A model generated the notes under the pieces. It made no database searches. It was not told the DNA's origin and was given only the letters and a program-made list of their open reading frames with translations. Of a DNA stretch of 64,000 nt, positions 46,580 through 56,952 are shown piece by piece. The DNA is from an uncultured virus (IMG/VR IMGVR_UViG_3300047274_000159). Lineage: Duplodnaviria > Heunggongvirae > Uroviricota > Caudoviricetes. The stretch spans positions 1 through 64,000 of IMG/VR virus record IMGVR_UViG_3300047274_000159. One strand, given 5' to 3'. The first letter of the stretch is position 1. Every line of letters begins with the position of its first letter. Made by a program: the position numbers and the translations under genes.

Positions 46580-48405
46580 CACTGAAATCTATTAAAAAAG
46601 AAAAAAAATCTGTGTGGATAGCCGGTATCGCCCGTGGACATAATGCAGGTGTGTGTCTACTCAAAGACGGAGAAATCGTTTTTAGTATCGAAGAAGAAAG
46701 ACTGACTCGACAGAAATATGATGGCGGTCCGCTAGCCAGCATGGTTAAGATTTTAGAGTACACAGATAAATTAGATTATTTGGTCGTAGCCCACACACAG
46801 CCCTTACACGAAACAGCCGGAAAGATTGACTATACCGGTGACGATATGTATACTGGTATGGCTCGTAAGCTAGGATTGATCGAACGGAAGGTGCCTAATC
46901 TGCATAAGCATCCTCAGGTCATCGACATGAGTTATATGCATCATAAACTACATACTGCCTGTGCATTTTATCGTAGTGGCTTTGAAGAAGCAGTTTCGTT
47001 GATCGTAGACGGCGCCGGCACATTTTTCCCGATGGAATATAACGGAAACCAACTTTGGTTTTGGGAAACAGAATCCATAGTTGACTGTAAGTACCCAGCA
47101 GATTTTAAAACCTTATACAAACATTACGGAACCAAAGATCCAATCGGATCTGCTTTCATACCTAAATTTGATTCTAGCGCGATCGGTGAATCTGGTGAAA
47201 CACATGAAGCATGGTTAACTGATCGCTCTGGTATTGTTAAGGTCTATGAAGGAGTTACAGAATACTGCGGCTTTTCGGCGATCGAAGCAGGAAAAACCAT
47301 GGGCCTATTCCCCTACGGAAAACCCAATGAAAAAATTCCTCCTTTGTTTGATTCGTCAGGCAAGACGCCACTATCGAACAGAAACTTAATAGTTCCTAAG
47401 TACCCAATGAGCAGTGTCATTAATATGAACTTGTTTGATGCTCTAGAACAAGAACCAGAAAATGCCGAAGATGATCTTACACTTCTGGAAAGTCGTAGAG
47501 ATTTAGCCTATGCTGTTCAGACACAAACGCAAGAACAGGTAGTTCGTTTGATCAAATATGCTGTGGAGAAAAGTGGTAAGAACAAAGTAACGATCAGTGG
47601 AGGATACGGATTAAACTGTGTGGCAAATTATCACTATCTAGAACAATTAAAAGACAGCGGCATTGAAATATATGTAGAACCCATTTCAAATGATGCAGGA
47701 ACCGCCATGGGAGCAGCACTGATGTTCTGGCACGGAATGTACAACGATTCTACTATTCGCAGCTACGGTACACTTTATCTAGGTCCCGAATATCATTACA
47801 CATCCGATGAGATCGCGGAAAAAGTAGCTAAAGTAAACGCAGCCACGGTGTCCGATGCGACTCATAAAGATATTGTCAAACTCCTACGTGAAAAAAATAT
47901 TGTTACTATTTTTCAGGGACGATCTGAAAATGGACCTAGGGCACTAGGTAACCGTTCGGTATTATTTGATCCGACTTTCCCTGATGGCAAGGACTTTGTC
48001 AACGAAGTTAAACGTCGCGAATATTTCCGTCCATTTGCCGGTAGTATTTTACAGGACGATGTACACGAGTGGTTCGACCTACGTGGTATGAAAGACAGCC
48101 CGTTTATGATGTATGCTGTAAATTGTCGACCCGGCATCGAAGAAAAGATTCCTTCAATTATCCACGAAGATCATACCTGCAGAATACAGACTGTTACGCA
48201 GGAACAGAATAAGCATTACTATGATCTGATTAAAGCATTTAAAGATGAAACAGGAGTTCCTATCCTGTTCAATACCAGCTTTAATCTGGGAGGCGAACCT
48301 CTAGTAGAAACTCTAGATGATGCTATCTGGACCCTACAAAATTCAGATATTGAATATTTGTACCTGCCAGAATACGGAAAACTAATTCACGTACCCAATA
48401 ATTAA
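46576..48405 (+). CDS. O-carbamoyltransferase, NodU/CmcH/TobZ family
   Basis: EEERL.R.K, HH.LH...AF..S, DGAG, GK.MGL..YG, GG..LNCVAN, DAGTA.G, GR.E.GPRALGNRS, KRRE.FRPFA, NTSFN. Confidence 0.92.
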   Translation: MTLKSIKKEKKSVWIAGIARGHNAGVCLLKDGEIVFSIEEERLTRQKYDGGPLASMVKILEYTDKLDYLVVAHTQPLHETAGKIDYTGDDMYTGMARKLGLIERKVPNLHKHPQVIDMSYMHHKLHTACAFYRSGFEEAVSLIVDGAGTFFPMEYNGNQLWFWETESIVDCKYPADFKTLYKHYGTKDPIGSAFIPKFDSSAIGESGETHEAWLTDRSGIVKVYEGVTEYCGFSAIEAGKTMGLFPYGKPNEKIPPLFDSSGKTPLSNRNLIVPKYPMSSVINMNLFDALEQEPENAEDDLTLLESRRDLAYAVQTQTQEQVVRLIKYAVEKSGKNKVTISGGYGLNCVANYHYLEQLKDSGIEIYVEPISNDAGTAMGAALMFWHGMYNDSTIRSYGTLYLGPEYHYTSDEIAEKVAKVNAATVSDATHKDIVKLLREKNIVTIFQGRSENGPRALGNRSVLFDPTFPDGKDFVNEVKRREYFRPFAGSILQDDVHEWFDLRGMKDSPFMMYAVNCRPGIEEKIPSIIHEDHTCRIQTVTQEQNKHYYDLIKAFKDETGVPILFNTSFNLGGEPLVETLDDAIWTLQNSDIEYLYLPEYGKLIHVPNN

Positions 48406-48431
48406 AAAAGCCCGAAAGGGCTTTTTTAATT
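48400..48431. terminator. Rho-independent terminator (bidirectional-looking)
   Basis: AATTAAAAAAGCCC-GAAA-GGGCTTTTTTAATT. Confidence 0.9.
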
Positions 48432-48447
48432 TCTGATAAATACTACT

Positions 48448-48885
48448 ATGATCAATTTCGCTAAATTCTTCTTTCAGGGTGTTAAGAACACGCTAAGAGT
48501 TCAAAACGGTGTTAACTTTGCCTATAAAGGACCGTGGATACCAGTATTCCAGGATACTGTCGTAGATGAATGGTACGTGGGCGATTTTATGGCTGCAGAA
48601 TATACTATTGCCGTTGACGTTGGAAATACCAAAAAAGAGATTATCAAGGCTATGGTAGTTGCAGGGCCTGCCCAGGCCAACGTTACGATCTATGGACGAA
48701 TTAGTTTAAATGAAAGATTAGTAGATCTAACAGTTAGTGTAAATGATTCAAAACTACAATTGATCGCTAATCCTGCAAGTAGCCCTAGCGACAGCACCTA
48801 CGACGATTCCATGCTTTTAACGGGATCTAAGCTGATCTTTAGTGCCACGTATTATCACACTTTGAACGATCTCGTAAGTTACTAA
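48448..48885 (+). CDS. Hypothetical virion structural protein
   Basis: TAAATA 48437-48442 upstream; beta-rich 145 aa. Confidence 0.55.
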   Translation: MINFAKFFFQGVKNTLRVQNGVNFAYKGPWIPVFQDTVVDEWYVGDFMAAEYTIAVDVGNTKKEIIKAMVVAGPAQANVTIYGRISLNERLVDLTVSVNDSKLQLIANPASSPSDSTYDDSMLLTGSKLIFSATYYHTLNDLVSY

Positions 48886-48951
48886 AAATCAAGCCCGCAT
48901 AAATACATAGTCTTTGTAGAAGGTGTAGGCGGAGTAATAGCGGAGATCTAA

Positions 48952-49575
48952 ATGTCAATTAACTACATACCCTTAGAATCAAAAAGCGGCTTTAAAAGTC
49001 CGGGATTCTCTGTCAACGAAGTCGGAGACCTAGTAGTAGACGGTGCTGTGCTGTTTAACAGCCAGCTCAATGTCGCTCCAGATTTTACTGTTAACGGAAT
49101 ATTGATTATCGATGCTACAGATTCTATAGTGGCACTTGGTGATGGTATCAAACACAGCAGCCTTACTAAACTAGGCACACTAGAAAATCTTCAAATCGAT
49201 GGCGATTTTACAGTGGCCCAGGGATCTACTCCATATGTAAGTATAGTCAACGGACATGTTGAAATTAATTCTGTAGCCGGAGTTGGATCTATAGATAACA
49301 TGGACATAGGACTAAAAGATCCCAGAGATGCTAATTTCAAATCAGTGAATATAGGTCCAGGCGATAGTACCGGAGAACTCACTGTACAGGGAAATGCAAG
49401 TATAACTATAGATCTTACAGTTACGGGAGACATTTCTGCATCAGACATTTCTGCAGCGGACATTTCTGCAGGAGATATCGTGATCGCAAATGCTCCTACA
49501 GCGATCAATCATGCTACAAGAAAAGATTACGTAGACTCTAGAGCTACAGCATTTGCAGTGGCGTTTGGAGCATAA
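48952..49575 (+). CDS. Short tail-fibre-like protein
   Basis: SSLT.LGTL..L, G.IDN..IG, HATRKDYVD motifs; C-terminal AFAVAFG; TAAATA 48900-48905. Confidence 0.6.
   Translation: MSINYIPLESKSGFKSPGFSVNEVGDLVVDGAVLFNSQLNVAPDFTVNGILIIDATDSIVALGDGIKHSSLTKLGTLENLQIDGDFTVAQGSTPYVSIVNGHVEINSVAGVGSIDNMDIGLKDPRDANFKSVNIGPGDSTGELTVQGNASITIDLTVTGDISASDISAADISAGDIVIANAPTAINHATRKDYVDSRATAFAVAFGA
49429..49473 (+). repeat. In-frame 15-bp tandem repeat x3 (GACATTTCTGCA-NNN; DISAx)
   Basis: Identical 12-mers at 49429, 49444 and 49459. Confidence 0.9.
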
Positions 49576-49585
49576 GGATAGATAA

Positions 49586-52500
49586 ATGGCAAAGAAACAG
49601 TTAAAAAAATATGTATTTGAACCGGGCATTAGTAAAGATAGCAATCTGTATCCCAATGCAGTGACCCTACTCAGTGCTAATAAGGCGTTTTTACAAGCAC
49701 AAGTAGTTGCCTTTATTAACAATCAAATCACTAATGAAGTAGCACCATACGTAGGTTACACATATGCATCTCAAAAGTGTACCAGAGACGTAGGTTATTA
49801 TATCGATGCTATTTTACACGATCTTAGATACGGCGGCAATGTAAAGTGTAGACAGACTGCAGATTATTTCTGGATTGACGGAGAACCCCAGATTCGAGGA
49901 GACGTCAGCCCCGAAACTACAGGTATCGCTTATCTTAGAGATCTTGTTAACAATTTTATTTTTACCAATACCACAGTTACACCTTCTTATGGAAATGTAG
50001 TTTCTCAGGTCAAGATCACTGGCCAGAATGCAGAAACTGGAGCGTCATCGAGAAACACAACATTGTGGAATATTTTTAGCTCTGTGATTACCAACGGTCT
50101 ATCAGCTATGCCAGCCAAGGTGACTGGTGTAAGTTCATTTAGAATAATCGGTAAGTATGACCCCAGCGAATTATTGCTAATCACCGATACCAGCAACGGA
50201 AATATTTTATATAATTTTGCAGATTCAAATAACTCAGTAACCTGTGAATACAAGCAAGGACGCAGCAGTGGTAATGGAGAATTATTATCTGATGTTGATT
50301 TTCCACGTTGGTGGCATACTTCAGATTCGATCACTACAATCTATCTATCTGAAGATACTTCAGCATTAAGTTCAGCAGCAGATATACAGATATTTGTTGA
50401 AGACTCCGTACAAACCATTCGCCCTTGGGAATTTGGCACAGATGCGATTGAACGTATGCGTGTTGCCGCACCCCAGGCCATGTTGGACGCTGACTTCGAG
50501 TACGGACTACAACCTACTAAGTGGCAGGCTCTGGGATTGATTCGTATGTACCCTTCGGTCTATGAAATTCCAGGAACCGACTTGAGTATTTCGGCGATTA
50601 CTACAGATGCTTCCTCAAATACAGGATTTTTTGGATCTTCGTTGATCACTGTCACTACCACCGGTACACACGGATTTAGCGTAGGTCAACCTATTACAGT
50701 AAAAGGACTTCAGTCAACAGTCAGCGGATTTGCTAGAGCAGAAGGTTCTTTCTTAATTTACAGTATACCAAATGCTGTGTCTTTTACCTACTATGCATCT
50801 GCTAAAGTCGGCACATCTAACGGAGAAAGTCTTTTCACCAGCTTTGCACAAATTAGGCAAGCTGGATTCTATACCGGTGCTTCAGTAGGCACGCCTACGT
50901 TTTCTTTATTCAGCAACGGAACTAGTCTAACAGTAACATCAAAATTTACAACATCTTCCGGATCAACTACGATCGCATTCGATGGCACTGCACCTACATC
51001 TGGATCTCCTATCACAGGATCACCGGTATTTGCTCAAGGTACAGCTATTTCGGGAGTTATCGGTACCTCGACGATTAATACAAACATAAAAAATTCTACC
51101 TCGCCCACAGATACTAGTATTAGCGTAGTTGATGCGACTGGTATACAGCAGCAAATGGCTGTGTCATCTGGCAGTGGTTCGGCGTTATTTGTTACTTCAT
51201 TATCGGGAACTACTCTTAATTTAACAGGTGCAATAGGATCTACTCTTATTGGTGCCGATGCAACTAACACAGGAATCACAGGCACTAACATTTCTCCTAT
51301 AGGTGTAGGAGCTACATTTTCTGTGTCAAGAAATGCAGGTGTGTATACTGTTTCTGATTCAGAAGATTCAACATTAAACGGACAAAATTACGCTATTGGA
51401 GATAGATTACTGATAGCTGGTACAGATCTAGGAGGAGTGTCTCCTACCAACGACATCGTTGTTACTATTAGCAACATCGATTCTGGTGGTGCCATTACAA
51501 GTTTTAATTTTACAGGAACTGCCGTTAGCGGCGGCGCTTCTTACACAGGGGTCGCTCAAAGTTCTACTACTAGTACGCTAGGTTCCGGTGCTGCGATCAA
51601 TGTAACTAGAGTAGGCGGCACTGGAGTTTATTCATCTATCACCGTTTCGAACGGAGGATCTAATTTTGCTCCTGGCGATACAGTAACATTCGCAGGTACT
51701 GATCTCGGGGGAGTAAGTCCGGACAATGATATAGTAATACAAGTTGACGGAGTTACATCGGGTGTAATCGTTGATTATCAGATTTTAGGTAGTCCTATAG
51801 GTGCCACTGGAAATGCTACTTATTCTCCAGTCATTCCTACAAATATTGCCAACGTGGGAGTAGGCGCTGTTTTCTCAGTGATTAGAGCCGCAGGTGCTTA
51901 CACAGCTATCGCTACAACTGCTGGATCCGGTTATGAAGCAGGAAATAGCATTAGGATATTAGGAACTGATCTCGACGGAGCAAGTCCCCTAAACGATTGT
52001 ATATTAACAGTGTTGAGTGTTGGTGGAGGATCGATGTCTGTAACCGCCACTGGCACACCGTATGATGGCGATAGTATTTCTGTATACCCAACGCTGACAA
52101 TCAGTGAAGCCATTACCGGAAGTTTAGGCGCAGACACATTATTAAATGTAGGCGCTATTCCAACTATACAGGTTGATTTTCCTAGCAATCATGGTCTATT
52201 GCCCGGTACGACTATTTTAACGCAGATCACTTCGAACCCAGCACCAGATTTTGCATCAACTTCTAGGACACTATCGGCCAATTTAACATGGAGAGGTGTT
52301 GCATTTTCTGGAGGAACATTTGTAGCGATAGCGACAGGAACTAACGTTACAACTAGGTCTATCGACGGACAAACCTGGACAGCAGGGGGTAATTTACCTT
52401 CTTCTACAACATGGGTATCGGTAGCGGCCGGCACAATAGGTGCTACTACTTATTTTGTTGCAGTGGCCAGTGGTGGCACCGCAGCAGCATACTCTACTGA

Positions 52501-55500
52501 TGGCGGCCAAAATTGGACAGCATCCACATTACCGTCGTCGTCGACATGGGCTAGCGTTGCTTACTATAATAGTACTTTTGTAGCAGTGGCCAGCGGTGGC
52601 ACCGCAGCAGCATACTCTACTAACGGCACTACCTGGACTGCCGCAACATTGCCGGCATCGGCAACATGGTCAGATGTCGAGGGCGGATTTATTGGTACGT
52701 CTGTATATTTCGTTGCAATCGCATCAGGCGGCACTGCCGCAGCATACTCAGCTGACAACGGTGCAACCTGGACCAGCACCGGAGCTCTACCAGCATCTAC
52801 TACATGGTCGAGTCTTACATTTGGTAATAATCGATTCGTAGCAGTAGCTCGTGCAAGCACCAATGCTGCTATATCAACAAACGGTATCACATGGACCAGT
52901 GTTACATTGCCTTCCTCAGCTAACTGGAACAGTATTGCCTATGGTAATGATAATTTTGTTGTAGTAGCAGATGGAGGAACCAGCGCCCTATATTCATTTA
53001 CTGGAGAAAGCGGTTCATGGACAGCCGGTACATTAGCATCGTCTTCAACCTGGGAAGAAATAGCCTACGGTAATTATTCTGGACTAGGAATTTTTGCTGT
53101 AGTAGGTAATAGTGCCACAGGAGCCAGTGTTTCTTTAACTTCAGCAAATCATCAACTGGCCACTGGACCTCACGTGATATCACAAGTACCTAGTGCATCA
53201 TCGATACGATATTATTCTAGAACCACTGGAACAGTCAATGTAACAAATCAAAGTCTTACTGGGGTTATCTATGCTAGACCCGATGCATTTTTTACTCACA
53301 GACCATTTGATGGAGGAGTACAATTAGGAACAGGCAATCCTAGCCACGGCGCACAGGCTGTACGTCAAAGTAAAAAATATGTTCGTTATCAATCTGGTAA
53401 GGGTATTATGTATACTACAGGCGGATTGTTTGCTCCTAGCTACGGCCTAGCATCGGCAACCGCTTCGGCAGTGACAGTCAACAGTCTTATTACATTTACC
53501 ACAGATGATACAGACCACGGACTACAAGCAGGCGCTGAAATAGAAATCATAGGTATGACATCCTTTGAATATAATGGAGATTATACAGTAGAAAGTATTG
53601 TAGATGCTAGACGGTTCCAAGTAAGATCTCAAGTAGTTTTGAGTAGCACCACCGGAACTTTAGGACCTGATGCTAAGGTAGTATTGAAACACTGGCACGG
53701 ATCTTCCGTGAAAATAGGCGCCTTTGATGAACAGAACGGTCTGTTCTATCAATACGATGGCCAAGAAATGAGTCTGGTCAAACGCTCTAGCACTAATCAA
53801 TTAACTGGAACAGTGTCTATCACTACCGAAAGTAATCTAGTTACCGGAACAGGAACTCGTTTTCAGGATCAGTTAAAGGTAGGAGACAAGATAGTAGTCC
53901 GAGGCATGAGCCACATAGTGACCGGTATTACTAGTCAAACTTCTTTAACAATGGCACCTGATTGGAGAGGCGCTAACTCAATCATTGGAGCTAGGATGGC
54001 TATCACAGAAGATCTATATATTCCTCAAAGTGAATGGAATTTAGATCCTATAGATGGCACTGGACCTAGTGGATATAACGTATTACCTTGGCGCATGCAG
54101 ATGTTAGGCATGCAATATTCATGGTATGCTGCTGGTTTTATTGAATGGATGTTGCGTGGCGCAGATGGTAAATTCGTGTTCTTGCATAGGCTAAGGAATT
54201 CAAACGTAAACACAGAAGCATACATGCGTACAGCTAACTTGCCTGTGCGTTACGAAGTTGAAAACCGTAGTGCTGTAAGTAAATTGTCGGCAGCAGTTAA
54301 TTCTACACAAAATACTCTGCCACTTACAGATGCATCTAGATTCCCGTCAAATGGTATTGTTTACATCGATAATGAAATGATCAGCTACAGCGGTAAAAGT
54401 GGTAATACTTTGACTAACTGTACTAGATCTGCTGCTATGAATGCATTTACTGCGGGTCAAAATAGAACAGTTACAGGTGGCGCAGCTTCTGCACACGAAG
54501 TTAACGCCGGTGTACAACTTGTAAGCTGTACCGCTACTCCTACGATCAGCCACTGGGGTTCTGCGTTACTCACTGACGGCATGTTTGACAATGATCGTGG
54601 ATATATCTTCAGCTATGCTGCTACCGGTTTAAGTATTTCTTTGGCTAAACAGACAGCATTCATGATACGATTGGCACCTAGTGTTTCAAATGCTCTCGTC
54701 GGCGACCTTGGAGAAAGAGACTTGCTTAACAGGGCGCAGTTATTATTGAACGAAATCGCAGTCACCGCAGACACAGGTACCGGCGCGATCGTTATTGAAG
54801 GTATCCTTAATCCAAAAAATTACCCTACTAATCCAACTAATATTTCTTGGGGTGGTTTGTCAAATGCAGCAGCAGGAGGCCAGCCTTCATTCGCACAAAT
54901 CGCATTAGGAGGATCTATAAATTGGGGAGGAGTCCCAGCAAGCACTTCCACAGCCACCGTCCAGGGTGCATTAACTACAACTATCACTGCGAGAGCGTTC
55001 TCAACAGTTACAAATACAATTTCAGCAGTGTCTAATCCTTCTGGTTTGAGTGGATATTCCAATGCTGTAAGTGCAAGCAGAACAGATTTTGTAATAACAA
55101 ATTCTTCTTACGACACGCTGCTGTCAACTACTGCATTACGGGTAGGTGACGTGCTATCTATGTCAAGCGCGACCACACTAAGCAGTGTTAATGTCAGCGG
55201 TAGTACAGGTCAATTTACATGTAATAGTACTCTATTAGCAGTAGGAATGACCGTTACGCTTACTGGAGGAAAATCTACAGGTAGTGGTAGCATTTTTGGT
55301 TACAGTAGCCCAACAACTTACAGAATTTCGGCTACAAACGGTTCAACAACATTTACGCTCACTACATTAGCAGGCGGTACTATTTTTACACAGAACGGAA
55401 GTGCTGATGGAACATTCACCTTGAATAACTTTATAGGATCTGGTAGATCAATTACTTCGATCACTAGAAGTTATCTTGGTAGTAGCTTTACTAGAATAGT

Positions 55501-56296
55501 AATGAATCAAGTAGGCAATAACACTTCTGTAGCTGCATCCAATGTAAGTATAGTAGTAACTAACAGTATCAGCACAAGCTATGCTAATGCTATCAGTACA
55601 GCTAGAAACGATTTCTTGGTTACTAACACCGACTGGAATAATGCTTTTGCAGCAGTTGGCGACAGTTTATCGCTGGCAAGTTTTATTGTAGCCGGACAAA
55701 CTATCACCGGGTTTACAACTAGTTACGCAACAGTATCAGGTGTTGCCTACACTAGGATAGTGATGAGTACTAATGGAAATAACGTTTCTTCGAGTGGTGC
55801 TAATCAAACCGTAACTATCCAAGCAGGTAGTACCGCAGCATCTTACTCTAACACAAACTATCTGTTTTTTACATCAGCATCGTGGAATGCATCCGGAGCA
55901 AGTGTGGGTACTCGAATAGCCACTAGTTATACCCAGTTCCCTGCGGGAACATCGGTCGCAGCGGTTACTTCTAGAAGACTAGGATCTACTACTATACAGC
56001 GTGTAACGTTCACACAATCTTCAAATACTGCTATTACCGCTGCAGGAACAGTGACTTTCCAATTTGGTGATCCGCAATATGCGCTACCGGGAGAGCAGGT
56101 TTTCTCATTCGTTGCTAATCCAGGAAACACTACAAGTTTGAGCTTAACTGAACTCAAAGAACTAACAACCACTGCCATTGGCGGTCGAGGTGCTTTCCCG
56201 AACGGACCAGACGTCTTGGCTATTAATGTTTATAAGGTTACAGGAACTGCAACTCCTGGATCGCTCATTCTTCGCTGGGGTGAGGCGCAGGCTTAA
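49586..56296 (+). CDS. Giant virion fibre/appendage protein (2236 aa)
   Basis: N-terminal CxRD helical unit, DADFEYGLQPTKW motif, GT.LGG.SP.ND repeats, YS.DG..W propeller repeats, Ser/Thr-rich C-terminus. Confidence 0.7.
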   Translation: MAKKQLKKYVFEPGISKDSNLYPNAVTLLSANKAFLQAQVVAFINNQITNEVAPYVGYTYASQKCTRDVGYYIDAILHDLRYGGNVKCRQTADYFWIDGEPQIRGDVSPETTGIAYLRDLVNNFIFTNTTVTPSYGNVVSQVKITGQNAETGASSRNTTLWNIFSSVITNGLSAMPAKVTGVSSFRIIGKYDPSELLLITDTSNGNILYNFADSNNSVTCEYKQGRSSGNGELLSDVDFPRWWHTSDSITTIYLSEDTSALSSAADIQIFVEDSVQTIRPWEFGTDAIERMRVAAPQAMLDADFEYGLQPTKWQALGLIRMYPSVYEIPGTDLSISAITTDASSNTGFFGSSLITVTTTGTHGFSVGQPITVKGLQSTVSGFARAEGSFLIYSIPNAVSFTYYASAKVGTSNGESLFTSFAQIRQAGFYTGASVGTPTFSLFSNGTSLTVTSKFTTSSGSTTIAFDGTAPTSGSPITGSPVFAQGTAISGVIGTSTINTNIKNSTSPTDTSISVVDATGIQQQMAVSSGSGSALFVTSLSGTTLNLTGAIGSTLIGADATNTGITGTNISPIGVGATFSVSRNAGVYTVSDSEDSTLNGQNYAIGDRLLIAGTDLGGVSPTNDIVVTISNIDSGGAITSFNFTGTAVSGGASYTGVAQSSTTSTLGSGAAINVTRVGGTGVYSSITVSNGGSNFAPGDTVTFAGTDLGGVSPDNDIVIQVDGVTSGVIVDYQILGSPIGATGNATYSPVIPTNIANVGVGAVFSVIRAAGAYTAIATTAGSGYEAGNSIRILGTDLDGASPLNDCILTVLSVGGGSMSVTATGTPYDGDSISVYPTLTISEAITGSLGADTLLNVGAIPTIQVDFPSNHGLLPGTTILTQITSNPAPDFASTSRTLSANLTWRGVAFSGGTFVAIATGTNVTTRSIDGQTWTAGGNLPSSTTWVSVAAGTIGATTYFVAVASGGTAAAYSTDGGQNWTASTLPSSSTWASVAYYNSTFVAVASGGTAAAYSTNGTTWTAATLPASATWSDVEGGFIGTSVYFVAIASGGTAAAYSADNGATWTSTGALPASTTWSSLTFGNNRFVAVARASTNAAISTNGITWTSVTLPSSANWNSIAYGNDNFVVVADGGTSALYSFTGESGSWTAGTLASSSTWEEIAYGNYSGLGIFAVVGNSATGASVSLTSANHQLATGPHVISQVPSASSIRYYSRTTGTVNVTNQSLTGVIYARPDAFFTHRPFDGGVQLGTGNPSHGAQAVRQSKKYVRYQSGKGIMYTTGGLFAPSYGLASATASAVTVNSLITFTTDDTDHGLQAGAEIEIIGMTSFEYNGDYTVESIVDARRFQVRSQVVLSSTTGTLGPDAKVVLKHWHGSSVKIGAFDEQNGLFYQYDGQEMSLVKRSSTNQLTGTVSITTESNLVTGTGTRFQDQLKVGDKIVVRGMSHIVTGITSQTSLTMAPDWRGANSIIGARMAITEDLYIPQSEWNLDPIDGTGPSGYNVLPWRMQMLGMQYSWYAAGFIEWMLRGADGKFVFLHRLRNSNVNTEAYMRTANLPVRYEVENRSAVSKLSAAVNSTQNTLPLTDASRFPSNGIVYIDNEMISYSGKSGNTLTNCTRSAAMNAFTAGQNRTVTGGAASAHEVNAGVQLVSCTATPTISHWGSALLTDGMFDNDRGYIFSYAATGLSISLAKQTAFMIRLAPSVSNALVGDLGERDLLNRAQLLLNEIAVTADTGTGAIVIEGILNPKNYPTNPTNISWGGLSNAAAGGQPSFAQIALGGSINWGGVPASTSTATVQGALTTTITARAFSTVTNTISAVSNPSGLSGYSNAVSASRTDFVITNSSYDTLLSTTALRVGDVLSMSSATTLSSVNVSGSTGQFTCNSTLLAVGMTVTLTGGKSTGSGSIFGYSSPTTYRISATNGSTTFTLTTLAGGTIFTQNGSADGTFTLNNFIGSGRSITSITRSYLGSSFTRIVMNQVGNNTSVAASNVSIVVTNSISTSYANAISTARNDFLVTNTDWNNAFAAVGDSLSLASFIVAGQTITGFTTSYATVSGVAYTRIVMSTNGNNVSSSGANQTVTIQAGSTAASYSNTNYLFFTSASWNASGASVGTRIATSYTQFPAGTSVAAVTSRRLGSTTIQRVTFTQSSNTAITAAGTVTFQFGDPQYALPGEQVFSFVANPGNTTSLSLTELKELTTTAIGGRGAFPNGPDVLAINVYKVTGTATPGSLILRWGEAQA

Positions 56297-56573
56297 CGAT
56301 AAACTTAGAACGTTTCCACATATCGATCTTAGAGTCCATGGACTTTTTGATCGATATGATGTTAGCTCGAATATCTGTTATTTCGGTAGGAATACGACCA
56401 CTAACCAAAAGTTGTTGATGATTTTTATCAATATGTCCGACCTGCTCTTTGAGACGTCCTAGTAAATTTAATAGCTCTGCTTTTAACGATTGGTCGGTAA
56501 TAGCAGAAATTTCATTGACATATCTGTTGTAATCTTCTATATATTTTGGATTGGTTGTTAAGGATGGAATCAT
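56265..56573 (-). CDS. Hypothetical protein
   Basis: 102 aa helical; start overlaps the stop of the upstream minus-strand gene. Confidence 0.55.
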   Translation of the reverse strand: MIPSLTTNPKYIEDYNRYVNEISAITDQSLKAELLNLLGRLKEQVGHIDKNHQQLLVSGRIPTEITDIRANIISIKKSMDSKIDMWKRSKFIVKPAPHPSEE

Positions 56574-56944
56574 TTTTCTAGCACCATAATAGTTTCTAAT
56601 TTCGCTCTTATCAGTTGATTATTTAATGTGGTTTTCAAACCACTGTGCAGATTTCTAGGAAGATAATCTAAGTCTGCCCAACATATAGTTTTATCGGTCG
56701 CGGCAAAAAACTCTGTTTCAACTAAACAGACATAGGTACCGTATTCAAACCCGCGATCTTCGCTGAGATACAGTTCTATAGGCAATAACTTACCTACAGA
56801 GTATTTAGAGAGTAAAGATTGTGCATCTTCTAGCAGTGAACTGGACCTAGCGAATGTAGGCACAGTCCATTTTTCATCTTCCAAAATTAGGAAAATCCTA
56901 CTGCTATTTTTAGCTAAGAAAAGTAATCCGGCACGCTGTTGCAT
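56570..56944 (-). CDS. Nudix-fold-like protein lacking the Nudix box
   Basis: AGLLF...RIFL...W, later P.E.Y.S.D..F.Y.TY, W...LP..LH.GL flanks resemble phage Nudix proteins; start reassigned to ATG 56944. Confidence 0.4.
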   Translation of the reverse strand: MQQRAGLLFLAKNSSRIFLILEDEKWTVPTFARSSSLLEDAQSLLSKYSVGKLLPIELYLSEDRGFEYGTYVCLVETEFFAATDKTICWADLDYLPRNLHSGLKTTLNNQLIRAKLETIMVLEK

Positions 56945-56952
56945 ACCTTTAC

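Noticed and set aside
41663..52750. Diversity-generating retroelement in adhesin or fibre repeats
   Set aside because: No reverse transcriptase and no ~100-bp TR/VR pair with adenine-specific mismatches; the repeats are short and in-frame
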